Source: a virus (taxonomy: Duplodnaviria > Caudoviricetes). Taken from it: a stretch of DNA of 33,032 nucleotides. The stretch's first letter is position 1, and the number at the start of each line of letters is the position of its first letter. The notes under the pieces were generated by a model, which made no database searches, was not told where the DNA came from, and was given only the letters and a program-made list of their open reading frames with translations. This document shows positions 1-10,274 of the stretch, one piece after another. Where the stretch lies: positions 1-33,032 of IMG/VR virus record IMGVR_UViG_3300006029_000035. One strand, given 5' to 3'. The position numbers and the translations under genes were made by a program.

Positions 1-435
1 AATTATTTTTTAAAGATAATATTTAACAGAAAATTTGAAAGACATTCTGAGCTAATAAAGGAAAACATAGAGATAAGGAATGAGAACAGCAAACTGTCAG
101 AAGACATATCTTTACTTATCAATAACGAGGACGTAAATTCAGAGGAGATTATCAAGCTAAAGATATATTATAAGCTTAGATATATGGACTACTTTGGCAT
201 CATGTTTGGAGAGGGCACTAAAATGCGTATTGAAGGATTAACTAAAGACTATCCTATGACGTGGAAAGCTTTTCATTCGTGGCTAAAGTCTGAAGGCTAC
301 CATATATATGAAGGTTGCAATATCTTCAGAGGAAGCAAATATATAACCTCATTTGACAATAAGGAAGACGCTGAATCAGGAGTTATAGAGGAGTTGATAG
401 ATGAGATTATGAAGAAAGATTCATTTAATTTTTAG
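1..435 (+). CDS. hypothetical protein, 5'-truncated at window edge
   Basis: Frame 1 is open from base 1 (NYFLKIIFNRKFERHSEL...) through the ATG at 184 to the TAG ending at 435. Confidence 0.6.
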   Translation, partial: NYFLKIIFNRKFERHSELIKENIEIRNENSKLSEDISLLINNEDVNSEEIIKLKIYYKLRYMDYFGIMFGEGTKMRIEGLTKDYPMTWKAFHSWLKSEGYHIYEGCNIFRGSKYITSFDNKEDAESGVIEELIDEIMKKDSFNF

Positions 436-440
436 TAAAT

Positions 441-479
441 AAAAGGGAGGGCTGTGTAAAAACGGTTCTTCCTTTTTTT
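441..479 (+). terminator. intrinsic terminator
   Basis: AAAAGGGAGGGCTGT-gtaaaa-ACGGTTCTTCCTTTT hairpin (with G-U pairs) followed by a T-tract. Confidence 0.8.
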
Positions 480-487
480 CGTATTAC
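458..487 (+). promoter_or_regulatory. putative ECF-sigma (late) promoter
   Basis: AAAAACG-N15-CGTATTAC. It overlaps the terminator and precedes the terminase operon. Confidence 0.6.
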
Positions 488-514
488 ATGTATCAAATAA
501 TCTAAACTATATTT

Positions 515-715
515 ATGAAGTCTAAGAAATTAACGACTATTCAGAGAATAGCTCAGTTAGAGCAGTTATTCGCTCAATCAGTACACACTATCACGACTCT
601 GTCACGAGCTTTAAGCGAGCTTCAGCAGTATAACTTTCCTGATAGATTCAAGAGTAAAGAGCCAAAGGTAGAGGCTCATTCAGACCTACCTAAAATAGTT
701 GAGAGAAATGCATAA
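515..715 (+). CDS. hypothetical protein
   Basis: 66-aa ORF with an A-rich start context and a coiled-coil-like N-terminus. Confidence 0.65.
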   Translation: MKSKKLTTIQRIAQLEQLFAQSVHTITTLSRALSELQQYNFPDRFKSKEPKVEAHSDLPKIVERNA

Positions 716-1127
716 AGACGAAGCTTACTACTTGTCTTTAGACAAAAGAAGTAAAGAGTATAGAAAATGGAAGGAGACTTATAAGTCTTCTAAAGGTGTT
801 GGAGATGTTATTACAGATATAACTAAGCTAACAGGCATTCAGTACTTAACTAAAAAACTATTTGGAGAAGACTGTGGCTGTGAGGAAAGAGCAGAAGCTA
901 TAAATAAATACTATGGCAGGCCTGTCAATCCTTTAACAGAAGAAGACTATATCTTCATGCATTCACTAATAAACGGAGGTTCAAAGATAACTCCTAAGCA
1001 ACAGCTACGAGCACGAGAGATTTATGAGAGAGTATTTAACATAACTCTAAAAAGCTCATGTCTTTCCTGTTCATTTGTTAAGACAGTTTACAATCCATTG
1101 GTAGTACTATTCAATAAGTACCAATAG
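699..1127 (+). CDS. hypothetical phage protein with DCGC and CxxC motifs (start may be the ATG at 708)
   Basis: GVGDVI..ITKLTGI..DCGCEER pattern and SCLSC, suggesting a possible metal-binding site. Confidence 0.75.
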   Translation: MREMHKDEAYYLSLDKRSKEYRKWKETYKSSKGVGDVITDITKLTGIQYLTKKLFGEDCGCEERAEAINKYYGRPVNPLTEEDYIFMHSLINGGSKITPKQQLRAREIYERVFNITLKSSCLSCSFVKTVYNPLVVLFNKYQ

Positions 1128-1167
1128 ACAAAAACTATATCGTTAACAATTTTAATCAATTTTAGTT

Positions 1168-1476
1168 ATGGAAGAGAAGAAGGTAGACTTAAGGAAGTTT
1201 AACAGAGGTCATAAGGGAGTTTCAGGAAGGAAGCCAAAGAGCGAGGAGCTTAAACTTATAGAGACTCTTACACCTCTTCAGCCTATTGCTTTAGAGAAGC
1301 TTAGGCAAGGCATAGAGAAGGGAGACTTCAAATTCATTAAGCTCTTCTACGAATATTTCTACGGTAAGCCAAAGGAGACTAAAGACATCAAGATAACTCA
1401 AGAACAGCCTATCTTCAGCATAGACTATGATGATATTAGTGAGGACATAAAAGAGGAGGATATAGATGAGCTTTAA
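1168..1476 (+). CDS. terS: putative terminase small subunit
   Basis: Directly upstream of and overlapping terL. It has a G..GRKPK motif, a helical core ending in YGKPKE, and an acidic tail. Confidence 0.6.
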   Translation: MEEKKVDLRKFNRGHKGVSGRKPKSEELKLIETLTPLQPIALEKLRQGIEKGDFKFIKLFYEYFYGKPKETKDIKITQEQPIFSIDYDDISEDIKEEDIDEL

Positions 1477-2641
1477 AGTTACTACAGCGATTAAGAAGCT
1501 CCTGAAGATGGTAGCTCGAAAGAAGGTTATTCAGGGAGGGACTTCAGCAGGAAAGACCTATTCAATAATACCTATACTAATTGACAAAGCTATAAAGGTT
1601 CCTTATAGTGAAATAAGCATAGTATCTGAGTCAATACCTCATCTAAGGAGAGGAGCTTATAAGGACTTCCTTAAGATTATGATAAGCCTTAACAGATTCA
1701 ATGACTCACAGCTTAACAGGAGTACTATGAAGTACACATTTAAGAACGGCTCTTACATAGAGTTCTTTAGTGTAGACCAAGCAGACAAACTAAGAGGAGC
1801 TCGTAGGACTGACTTATATGTAAATGAGGCTAATAACATTCCCTTCGACGCTTATAATCAATTAGCTATAAGAACGTCAGGAGATATATGGATAGATTTC
1901 AATCCTACCAATAGGTTTTGGGCTCATACAGAAGTATTAACTGAGCCTGACTCAGAACTACTGAAGCTTACTTATAAAGATAACGAGGCCTTACCTGAAA
2001 CTATCATTCATGAGATAGAGTTAGCAAGAGAGAAAGGAAAGACATCTGAGTATTGGGCTAATTGGTGGAAGGTTTACGGCTTAGGAGAGTTAGGTAGTTT
2101 ACAGGGAGCATGTATTACAGAATGGAAGGAGATAGATAGTCTTCCTAAAGAGGCTAAGCTCTTAGGCGTGGGTTTAGATTTTGGATATACTAATGACCCT
2201 TCAGCTCTTATATCTATTTACAAATACGATAACGAATATATCTTCGATGAGGTTATTTATCAAAAGGGACTTCTCAATAGTGATATAGCTAACATTATAA
2301 ACAGCAATGAACAAATAAAAAATGCCTTCATTTGGGCTGACTCGTCAGAGCCGAAGTCTATTGCAGAGCTTAAGACCTATGGCTTAAATATTGACGGAGT
2401 TAAAAAAGGGAAAGACTCTATAGTGTATGGAGTCAACCTTATCAATCAAGAGGGTATATTAGTAACTAAGAGAAGTACTAACCTAATCAACGAACTGCAG
2501 AACTACATTTGGAGGGTAGACAGAGAAGGAGTTACTCAGAATATTCCTATAGATGCTTTTAATAATTGCATAGATGCAGGGCGTTATGGCTTCGTTAGTT
2601 TAATGGCTAACAAACACAAAGGAGAGTATCATCTTTGGTAG
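1466..2641 (+). CDS. terL: terminase large subunit (PBSX/Terminase_3 type)
   Basis: Walker A QGGTSAGKT, LRGARR..LYVNEAN Walker B, DFNP motif, nuclease motifs GLDFGYTNDP and DAFNNCIDAGRY. Confidence 0.95.
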   Translation: MSFKVTTAIKKLLKMVARKKVIQGGTSAGKTYSIIPILIDKAIKVPYSEISIVSESIPHLRRGAYKDFLKIMISLNRFNDSQLNRSTMKYTFKNGSYIEFFSVDQADKLRGARRTDLYVNEANNIPFDAYNQLAIRTSGDIWIDFNPTNRFWAHTEVLTEPDSELLKLTYKDNEALPETIIHEIELAREKGKTSEYWANWWKVYGLGELGSLQGACITEWKEIDSLPKEAKLLGVGLDFGYTNDPSALISIYKYDNEYIFDEVIYQKGLLNSDIANIINSNEQIKNAFIWADSSEPKSIAELKTYGLNIDGVKKGKDSIVYGVNLINQEGILVTKRSTNLINELQNYIWRVDREGVTQNIPIDAFNNCIDAGRYGFVSLMANKHKGEYHLW

Positions 2642-2671
2642 AGATACATAACTACAACTTAAACGTATTAC
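2642..2671 (+). promoter_or_regulatory. putative ECF-sigma promoter, leaderless
   Basis: AGATACA-N15-CGTATTAC, with the ATG exactly 12 nt after the C of CGT. Confidence 0.7.
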
Positions 2672-2675
2672 ATAT

Positions 2676-3224
2676 ATGAAGATTACAGTTAAAGACTATA
2701 TAGAGTACAGCAAGCTACCTGAAGGAGTATCTGAGGAGAAGGCTGTCTCTACTTTATTAGGATTCGATATTAAAGCTTTAAGCTTAAAAGATGCTGAGAA
2801 GTTACTTGAAGAGATACGTCAATGGTTCTTTAAAGAGAACAGAGACTTTAGTCCTACCTTTACTCATGAAGGAGTAGAGTATGGATTCATACCTGACTTA
2901 GACTCAGGTATAACTTACGGAGAGAATCAGGATTTGTGTAAGTATATCTCAGACACTAATGAACTGCATAGAGCTATGGCTGTAGCTTATAGACCAATCA
3001 CATCTAAGCAGGGTTCTAAGTATTTAATAGAGCCTTATGAAGGTAGCAATAAGTATGCTTCAATAATGTTAGATGTAGACGTGGAGGTAGCTTTAGGTAT
3101 GAAGGTTTTTTTTTGGAGTTTAACAAACGAATTGGAGAGATATATCCTGAAATATTCGACAGCTCAGGAGAGTCAACAGAGTTCGGACTTAAGTGGAGCT
3201 CATACAGAGGCCTCTATACTTTAG
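2676..3224 (+). CDS. putative tail assembly chaperone (gpG-like)
   Basis: Contains a T9 slippery run at 3106-3114 with an overlapping -1 frame ORF, and heads the tail operon. Confidence 0.65.
   Translation: MKITVKDYIEYSKLPEGVSEEKAVSTLLGFDIKALSLKDAEKLLEEIRQWFFKENRDFSPTFTHEGVEYGFIPDLDSGITYGENQDLCKYISDTNELHRAMAVAYRPITSKQGSKYLIEPYEGSNKYASIMLDVDVEVALGMKVFFWSLTNELERYILKYSTAQESQQSSDLSGAHTEASIL
3105..3114 (+). other. putative -1 programmed ribosomal frameshift site (GTT TTT TTT T)
   Basis: Nine consecutive T. The -1 frame stays open to 3343. Confidence 0.75.
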
Positions 3225-3343
3225 CTCAGGGAGATGTTAGAAGGTTTGAAGAAATTAGTAAGTTAGGTTTACATCAATGTCTTTTATACTTAGCTTATGA
3301 ATCGGACAAAGCACAGGAACTAAATAAAAAAATAAAAAAATAA
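3113..3343 (+). CDS. frameshift extension of tail assembly chaperone (gpT-like)
   Basis: In the -1 frame relative to the 2676 ORF. Its only start is a TTG inside the slippery run, and its stop overlaps the next ATG. Confidence 0.7.
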   Translation: MEFNKRIGEIYPEIFDSSGESTEFGLKWSSYRGLYTLAQGDVRRFEEISKLGLHQCLLYLAYESDKAQELNKKIKK

Positions 3344-3795
3344 TGCAAGGATTTTATAACTTTATAGATACGCTTAAGACAGAGCTCAGTAGTAACGACT
3401 TCGTTAATACGGTTACTTATGGAGACATAACGAGAGTAGACCTAAATAAGAAGACTATCTTTCCTCTTAGTCATTTCTTAGTTAACAGCGTCTCTTACGA
3501 TGAGAGTGTACTTACTTATAATGTAAGCTTACTCTGTATGGATATAGTAGATATATCTAACGATGATACGATAGACATATTCAAAGGAAACGATAATGAG
3601 CAGGACGTGTTCAATACACAGCAGGACGTAATTATTAAGACATTGGATAAGCTTAAGTCAGGAGATTTATACATACTGAAGTATCAGTTAATAGGTAATC
3701 CTAACTTAGAGCCATTCGTAGACAGATTTGAGAACAGGTTGGCAGGTTGGACTGTTACTTTTGATTTGCAGGTTATAAATGACAGAGCATGTTAA
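3343..3795 (+). CDS. putative tail terminator/completion protein
   Basis: 150-aa acidic protein. The FPLSH and EPFVDRFENRLAGW pattern and its position in the tail operon support the call. Confidence 0.55.
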   Translation: MQGFYNFIDTLKTELSSNDFVNTVTYGDITRVDLNKKTIFPLSHFLVNSVSYDESVLTYNVSLLCMDIVDISNDDTIDIFKGNDNEQDVFNTQQDVIIKTLDKLKSGDLYILKYQLIGNPNLEPFVDRFENRLAGWTVTFDLQVINDRAC

Positions 3796-4322
3796 ATAAG
3801 AATGTACAGAAAGCTCTTCAGGAGTTTAAGAGTAGAGTTATTCAGCAGGCACGCTCAAGACTAACCAAAGGCAATAAGAACGCTTCTAAGGAGCTTTATG
3901 ATTCTCTTAGTGGTAATGTAACAGTAAGTCCTAATTCATTCGGCTTAGAGTTCTATATGAATCCTTACGGAGTATTTCAAGATAGAGGAGTCAAGGGTAC
4001 TAAGTCAGGCTCTTCATTAGATAACTTCAGTTATAAAGAGTCTTCTAATTTAGTAGGAGTAGAGTATCATACAGGAGCTCTGTCTAAATGGGCAAAGATT
4101 AGAGGCATACAGCCAAGAGGTAAGAGTGGGAGATTTGGCTCTTACAGAACTATGGGCTTCATATTAGCAAACACTATAAAACAAAGAGGCATAAAGCCTT
4201 CTCTCTTTTTTACTAAGCCATTTGAAGAGGCCTTCAATGATTTACCTGAAGACCTTATTGAAGCGTACGGATTAGACGTAGAAGAATTTTTACAACAGTC
4301 ATTAACAAGTAACTTAAATTAA
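3789..4322 (+). CDS. putative neck/tail completion protein (HK97 gp10-like)
   Basis: Basic 177-aa protein with ASKELYDSL, YGVFQDRGVKG and GIKPSLFF motifs typical of this class. Confidence 0.55.
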   Translation: MLNKNVQKALQEFKSRVIQQARSRLTKGNKNASKELYDSLSGNVTVSPNSFGLEFYMNPYGVFQDRGVKGTKSGSSLDNFSYKESSNLVGVEYHTGALSKWAKIRGIQPRGKSGRFGSYRTMGFILANTIKQRGIKPSLFFTKPFEEAFNDLPEDLIEAYGLDVEEFLQQSLTSNLN

Positions 4323-4323
4323 C

Positions 4324-5451
4324 ATGAACAGAATACAGTCAAGGAGTCCTTACTTCGTAAAGCATACAGAGACCAACTTAACCTCAGCTATTTTAGAGGT
4401 TTGGATATATACAGGAACGCGGACAACTTCAAGACCTGCTTCAGCTACAGCCACTCTACAGATAGAGGCTTATGATGAGGTAGTAGTCTCAGACATATCA
4501 CAGTTCGTGTCTGACGAGGTATCTATAATATTTGACGGCTCTTACTCAGACTCTTTAATGGTTTGGGTTGACTATCAGTTAACTCCTTTTGTTTTAGAGG
4601 TAGAGCAAACTCCTGAGACTTTAGTGGCCTTAGAGGGCTTCGTAGGGTTTAGAGACTTTCAGGACGGAGCTCAGAATATCTCAAGAGCAGACGACACTAA
4701 TAAGCTATTAATGTCTAACAGGATTATCTATAGACCTGCAGGAGCTTATATTAATATACCTGTACTAAAAGACTCTTCATATATTGTAGGGTTTGAGAAC
4801 GCAGGAGGAGAAGTATTATATCAGGAGTCTATAACAAACTCTTTGGTGTCTTCTACTCGATTAAGCTATATGAATGACTCAGGTACAGCAGGCTTAGATT
4901 CTTTTATAGATAGAGTTATAGCAGACGGAGGTACTGTAGTAGAATCTTCATGCCTTAAGAATTTATTATGCAATGATTTTGCAGGCCTTTCAAGAATATC
5001 AATAGACGGAGAGATTATTACTGTAAAGACTTTAGAGCCTTCTAAGTATCCTTATTATAAATTAACATTCATTAATAAGTTTGGAGCTCTACAGGACATG
5101 TACTTCACAGGTAAGTCACAGAAAAAACTAAACGCTACAGCAGGCTCTTCTTATAGGCGTAATACTTTAGTAGATGACTCGTATAGTATAAACAAACATG
5201 TTAAACTAAATCAAACTAAGAACGGAGTAGAGTCTCTGTCTTTAAGTACAGGATTTTTAGACGAGGGACATAACGAGGTCTTTAGACAGATTCAACTCTC
5301 AACGGCTTTATGGATTGAAATAGACGGAGTGACTCTTCCTGTAGAAGTTAAAGACTCAGGAATGGTGTATAAGACTTCTGTAAATGATAATCTTATAGCT
5401 TTTAAGATAGATGTAGATTTTGCTTTTAATACTATTAATGACATTAGATAA
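4324..5451 (+). CDS. virion structural protein (putative distal tail/baseplate)
   Basis: Beta-rich 375 aa with a C-terminal FINKFGALQ..F..LSTGFL pattern, located in the tail operon. Confidence 0.55.
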   Translation: MNRIQSRSPYFVKHTETNLTSAILEVWIYTGTRTTSRPASATATLQIEAYDEVVVSDISQFVSDEVSIIFDGSYSDSLMVWVDYQLTPFVLEVEQTPETLVALEGFVGFRDFQDGAQNISRADDTNKLLMSNRIIYRPAGAYINIPVLKDSSYIVGFENAGGEVLYQESITNSLVSSTRLSYMNDSGTAGLDSFIDRVIADGGTVVESSCLKNLLCNDFAGLSRISIDGEIITVKTLEPSKYPYYKLTFINKFGALQDMYFTGKSQKKLNATAGSSYRRNTLVDDSYSINKHVKLNQTKNGVESLSLSTGFLDEGHNEVFRQIQLSTALWIEIDGVTLPVEVKDSGMVYKTSVNDNLIAFKIDVDFAFNTINDIR

Positions 5452-8085
5452 ATGAATAAAATAGAGCTAAGAATAGACGGAATTAAGACGGAACTCTTTG
5501 AAGATGAGGTAATATCTATTACTCAAACTATCAAGAACGTAAAAAAGATTGATACTATCTTCACAGATTACTCTCAGGACTTCTCTCTTCCTGCCAACTC
5601 TATTGAAAATCAACGTATCTTTAAGAGGTACGAGAATATAAATATAGTAGGAGGCTATGACAATAGAGTAAAGCATGTAGCTACTATCAGTATGAACGGA
5701 GTCTTATTCAAGAAGGGCTATGTACAGATTAATAACGTAATAATCAAGAACGGTATAGCTGAGTCATACTCTATAAGATTTATAGGAGGGCTTAGCTCTC
5801 TTAAAGGAGCTCTAAAGCAGAACAAATTATCTTCTCTTACTGTCTTAGATAGTGCTGAGAACTCTTTTTCTGTGACATCTACTTCTATTAAAAACTTACT
5901 ACAGAGAGATGCTAACTTCACCTCAGCTACAGTCCCTAATGGATTCGACTTATTGGCTTCTCTTATATCTACAGAGGGAGGTATATTTTTTGATTCTGTA
6001 ACTCATACAAATGACACTCCTAACGCAGACTATAACGGAGGCACAGACAACGGATTATACTACAAGAATCTTAAGCCTTCAATAAGACTTAACGCTATTA
6101 TAAGAGCTATAGAAGATACCTACGGAATAACATTCTCTTCAGACTTTTTCAAAAACGATGCTAAGCCTGAGATGAACAATCTCTTTATGTATCTTAACAA
6201 AGAGAAGGGAGAGCTTAAAGTAGAAGACGATAACGACTCTTACTTATTAAGTAACTACTCTTATCTTAATTGGACTTCAGTAGACGGAGCGAGTACGCAG
6301 TCTTCATGGTATGATATTACATCTAATTCAGCAGGTAGAATAACGGTAACTCCTGACACATTTCCTACAATCATGACAGGCTGTACTATGACTATCACTC
6401 CTGACGACACAGCTTTAGAGTATCAAATAAGAATATACAAACTATCTACAGGAGAGAGTCTTATAGATGAGTGGAGGACAGGAACCTCTACTTTAGACTT
6501 CTCAGGCAGTACTCTTTCAGGAGACTTAGTTTTTAGAGTAGGAATAGAAGGAGATAATAATATAGAGATAGAATTAGACTACGCTATAACAGGAACTTCA
6601 AATGATTTTCAGCTAACAAGTAACGCTCAATCTTTTGAGACTATACCTTATTCTGTAGCTAACAATCTTCCTGACATGACTATAGAGAAGTTCTTAAAAG
6701 GACTGTTCACTATGTTTAACTTAATAGCTTATGAAGGAGCTTCAGGAGAGATAGTAGTAGAGACTTTTGTAGATTACGTAGCTTCAGGAGTAGACACAGA
6801 TATAACAGAGTATGTAGACGACACTACGGTAAGAGTAGACGGCTCTTATCAGTATGCAGGAGTTAAGCTTAGCCATGCAGAGGCAGGAGATAAGAACTCT
6901 TTAGCAGAAGACAACTTTCAAGGTAAACCCTTTGGAGAGTTCTCTTATAGTGCTGTGGAGATAAATACAGGAGGAGCTGAATATGAGTTAAGTACTCCTT
7001 TCTCTATAATACAATATAGAAGGCTTACAGATGACGTAGACGGTTCTAACACAGATATTCAAATAGGAGAAGTAGTAGACTCTAATGATAACTCAATAGT
7101 AACTAAACCTATCTTATACTATCCTCAGAAGTTAGATATCTCTTTTGCTCTTAAGACTTCTGCATCAACCTCAGAAGAAGTTACAGGAGTAAACATTCCT
7201 ACTAATACTGTAGAGCTTTATAGTGTGGACTCAGACTTAACTATAACCTTTGGAGTAGAGACATCTCCTTATAATAGAAGTAGAGCTTTTACAGGCACCT
7301 TATGGAGTACTTACTACAATAGGTTTTTATCTCCTATATTCAATATAAGAAATAGACTTATAAAAGTAGAAGCGAGCCTTCCAATAAAGATACTCACTTC
7401 GTTTACTTTAAGAGATAGATTTGTTTATAAGAATATTCCTTACAGAATTAATTCTATTAAGACTAATCTTCAGACAGGACAGAGCTCTATAGAGCTTTTA
7501 ACGGATACGGTTTTTGTGAATGAGGAATTCTCAGTAGCTGTTATAGGGAACGCTCCTGTAATTACTATAACAGGCTCTAATCCTGACACTGTCAACGCTT
7601 CAGGTTTTCCATATTCAGATGCAGGAGCTACGGCTACAGATGTAGAAGACGGAGCACTATCTGTGACGACTATTCAGGACTTAACAGATATATCTACTGT
7701 AGGTACTTACTATGTAAGATATAGAGCCATTGACTCTGACAATAATGTAACAATAGCTAAGAGAACGGTTATAGTAGAAGATACTACAGCTCCTGCGATA
7801 TTAACGTGGACATATAACAGCAGGACATCATCAACGGTAACGGTCAACTATGACGTTTCAGACGGAGGGACAGGCATTCAGTCTTTACAATTTTGGTATA
7901 AGGAAGTTTCGTCTTCAGATTGGATTCTTAAGAACACTACTCAAGGAGCAGGAGCATCAACTTTAACCTCTACATTCCAATATAAAGGACTTACTTCAGG
8001 TGTTAACTACGATTTTAGAGTAGTAGCAAAGGATTTAGTCCTTAATGAGAGTACTTCAGGGACTATTAATCAATCAACTTTATAA
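5452..8085 (+). CDS. tail tip/hub protein with C-terminal Ig-like (DUF5011-like) and FN3-like domains
   Basis: N-terminal FTDYSQDFSLPA hub-type motif, APVITITGSNP..YSDAGATATDVEDG Ig-like domain, and GLTSGVNYDFRVVAKD..NES FN3 ending. Confidence 0.7.
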   Translation: MNKIELRIDGIKTELFEDEVISITQTIKNVKKIDTIFTDYSQDFSLPANSIENQRIFKRYENINIVGGYDNRVKHVATISMNGVLFKKGYVQINNVIIKNGIAESYSIRFIGGLSSLKGALKQNKLSSLTVLDSAENSFSVTSTSIKNLLQRDANFTSATVPNGFDLLASLISTEGGIFFDSVTHTNDTPNADYNGGTDNGLYYKNLKPSIRLNAIIRAIEDTYGITFSSDFFKNDAKPEMNNLFMYLNKEKGELKVEDDNDSYLLSNYSYLNWTSVDGASTQSSWYDITSNSAGRITVTPDTFPTIMTGCTMTITPDDTALEYQIRIYKLSTGESLIDEWRTGTSTLDFSGSTLSGDLVFRVGIEGDNNIEIELDYAITGTSNDFQLTSNAQSFETIPYSVANNLPDMTIEKFLKGLFTMFNLIAYEGASGEIVVETFVDYVASGVDTDITEYVDDTTVRVDGSYQYAGVKLSHAEAGDKNSLAEDNFQGKPFGEFSYSAVEINTGGAEYELSTPFSIIQYRRLTDDVDGSNTDIQIGEVVDSNDNSIVTKPILYYPQKLDISFALKTSASTSEEVTGVNIPTNTVELYSVDSDLTITFGVETSPYNRSRAFTGTLWSTYYNRFLSPIFNIRNRLIKVEASLPIKILTSFTLRDRFVYKNIPYRINSIKTNLQTGQSSIELLTDTVFVNEEFSVAVIGNAPVITITGSNPDTVNASGFPYSDAGATATDVEDGALSVTTIQDLTDISTVGTYYVRYRAIDSDNNVTIAKRTVIVEDTTAPAILTWTYNSRTSSTVTVNYDVSDGGTGIQSLQFWYKEVSSSDWILKNTTQGAGASTLTSTFQYKGLTSGVNYDFRVVAKDLVLNESTSGTINQSTL

Positions 8086-8086
8086 A

Positions 8087-8260
8087 ATGAGGCAAGAGAT
8101 AGACATAGTAGATACATTAAAACTACTTAGGGAGCATGATTTTGAAGGCTTCTCGTATTACATAGAGGTAGCGAAGGGCTTAAATAAGAGGCCTACTACA
8201 TTAAAAGAGGGAATTAATCAAATAAGAAGAGCGTTCAAATGGCAGATAAGAAGAAGGTAA
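8087..8260 (+). CDS. hypothetical protein (ATG at 8087 preferred over 8045)
   Basis: The ATG follows the stop of the previous gene directly, and the ORF overlaps the tape measure start. Confidence 0.6.
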   Translation: MRQEIDIVDTLKLLREHDFEGFSYYIEVAKGLNKRPTTLKEGINQIRRAFKWQIRRR

Positions 8261-10269
8261 TAGATTTACAGGTAAATAGTAATGCTAAAGACGTTACTAA
8301 AGATGTAAAAGGATTAAACGAAGAGTTAAAATCAGTAGAAACTACTAACGAGAAAGGCTCTAAGTCGTTTGAAGGTCTTAATAAGTCATCAAAATTAGCC
8401 TCTACAGGAATAAAAGGAATAGGAACTGCTATGAAAGTAGCAGGAATAGGTCTTATAGTTAGTGCTGTAGCAGGATTAATGGCTGTATTTAGCAAGAATC
8501 AGAAGGTTATAGACACTTTAACTACTGCTATGAACTTCTTACAAGTAGGATTCACTACGGTCTCAGACGCTATATCTACAGCTTTCAGCAAGGCTTCTGA
8601 ATTAACAGGAGGCTTCGACGCTTTAGGAAAGGTTATGAAGGGCTTAATTAACTTAGCTATAATTCCATTAAAGATTCAATTTAACCTTCTTAAAAGTGGC
8701 TTACAATCGCTTAAGGTAGCTTATGAGAAAGTCTTCGGAGATGACGAAAGTGTAGAGAAGGCTAAGGCAGACTTAAAAGAGACTCAGGCTCTTATTCAGG
8801 AATTAGGTAAAGACTTCGTAAAAGCAGGAAAAGATATAGCAACAAACTTTGGAGAAGCTATAGGAGAGGTAGGAGATGTTATTAAAGGAGTAGCTACTGA
8901 GATAAGTAATATTGACGCTTCAAAAATATTGGAGACTGCTAAAGCTATGAAGGACTTAGATAAGGCTTCAGAGATAGCTCAGGCTCGTCAAACAGGACTT
9001 ATAGAAGAGTATGACAGGCAGGCTGAAAAGTTAAGACAGATAAGAGACGAGGAGCGAAATACAATCGACGAAAGAAGAAAGGCTAACGAAGACTTAAAAG
9101 CTGTATTAGAAGAGCAGACAAAAACAATGCTTAAACAGGCTGACGTAGTTGTAGCCAACGCAAGAGCTCAGTTCGATGCTAACAAAAACTTAGAAAATGA
9201 AGTAGCCTTAATTAACGCTCTGTCAGAAAGGAAAGGAGTCTTAGCACAAATAGAAGGATTCATATCTGAGCAGAAGGCTAACGACTTAGCTTTAGATAAA
9301 GAAGCTATAGAATTAATAGAGACGAAGGCAGAAGCTGAGAACTCATTAGCTATTCAAAAAAAGAGATTCACAGCAGAGCAGATTACAGACGATGAGATGA
9401 GAATAGAGGCTCTTAAGTTAGTCTTAGAAGAAGAGAAGATATTAGAGCTTGAAAGATTAGAGAATAAGAAGTCACTTTTTAAGGAAGGGACTCAGGCTTA
9501 TGTAGATGCACAGATAGAACTGAATGAGAAAAAACAGGAATTCTACGAAGCTGAAATAGAATTAGAGACTGAAAGAAAGGAGCTTTTAGAAGAGAAGAAA
9601 TTAGAAGAGAAGGAGAAGGCTGAAGAGGAGAGATTAGCAGAGATAGATAGACTTAAAAATATAGCAGAAGAGAAGGTAGCTTTAGAACAGGAAGAAGCTG
9701 ACAAGAAGAAGGCTATTAATGAGCAGTACCTTTCTTTCGCTCAGGGCTTTACAGGTCTTTTAGGAGAGATAACAAAAGGGAATAAGGCAGTAGCTTTAGC
9801 GGGGTTAGTTATAGAGAAGGGTTCGGCTATTGCTAAGGTCATAACTTCTGCTCAGGAATCTATAGCTATTCAAAACAGTAATGAAGCTAAGATACCGTTC
9901 TTACTTCCTTCTCCTACAGGAGTAGCTATTCCTAATCCAACTAAGGCAGTATCACTTCCTAAGACAGCTACTCAGATAGCTAAGACTAAAATAGGAGCAG
10001 GTTTGAGTATAGCAAGAATTACAGCTACTTCATTATCATCTTCAGGAGGAGGAGTCTCAGGAGGAGGAGCTTCAGGAGGAGGAGGAGCTACTTTTTCTCA
10101 AGGTGCTCAGACGGACAACTTTGATAGTATAGGCTCAGATACTCCTTCAAATATAGCTCAGGCTAATAACAACTCTAACTCTCAGCCTGTGCAAGCCTAC
10201 GTAGTTTCTACTGAAATAGCCTCAGCTCAGGCTCTTGAAAGGAATAGGATTGATAATGCAGGCTTTTAA
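8239..10269 (+). CDS. tail tape measure protein
   Basis: 676 aa, Ala/Lys/Glu-rich and helical, with a hydrophobic GIGLIVSAVAGL segment and a C-terminal QPVQAYVVS motif. Confidence 0.8.
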   Translation: MADKKKVIDLQVNSNAKDVTKDVKGLNEELKSVETTNEKGSKSFEGLNKSSKLASTGIKGIGTAMKVAGIGLIVSAVAGLMAVFSKNQKVIDTLTTAMNFLQVGFTTVSDAISTAFSKASELTGGFDALGKVMKGLINLAIIPLKIQFNLLKSGLQSLKVAYEKVFGDDESVEKAKADLKETQALIQELGKDFVKAGKDIATNFGEAIGEVGDVIKGVATEISNIDASKILETAKAMKDLDKASEIAQARQTGLIEEYDRQAEKLRQIRDEERNTIDERRKANEDLKAVLEEQTKTMLKQADVVVANARAQFDANKNLENEVALINALSERKGVLAQIEGFISEQKANDLALDKEAIELIETKAEAENSLAIQKKRFTAEQITDDEMRIEALKLVLEEEKILELERLENKKSLFKEGTQAYVDAQIELNEKKQEFYEAEIELETERKELLEEKKLEEKEKAEEERLAEIDRLKNIAEEKVALEQEEADKKKAINEQYLSFAQGFTGLLGEITKGNKAVALAGLVIEKGSAIAKVITSAQESIAIQNSNEAKIPFLLPSPTGVAIPNPTKAVSLPKTATQIAKTKIGAGLSIARITATSLSSSGGGVSGGGASGGGGATFSQGAQTDNFDSIGSDTPSNIAQANNNSNSQPVQAYVVSTEIASAQALERNRIDNAGF

Positions 10270-10274
10270 AGAAT

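Noticed and set aside
1119-1148. Possible ECF promoter before terS (CGTTAAC at 1141)
   Set aside because: No AYR at the 15-nt spacing seen at the other nine sites.
10041-10090. TCAGGAGGAGGAG repeats
   Set aside because: They encode the Ser-Gly linker of the tape measure protein, a low-complexity coding repeat.
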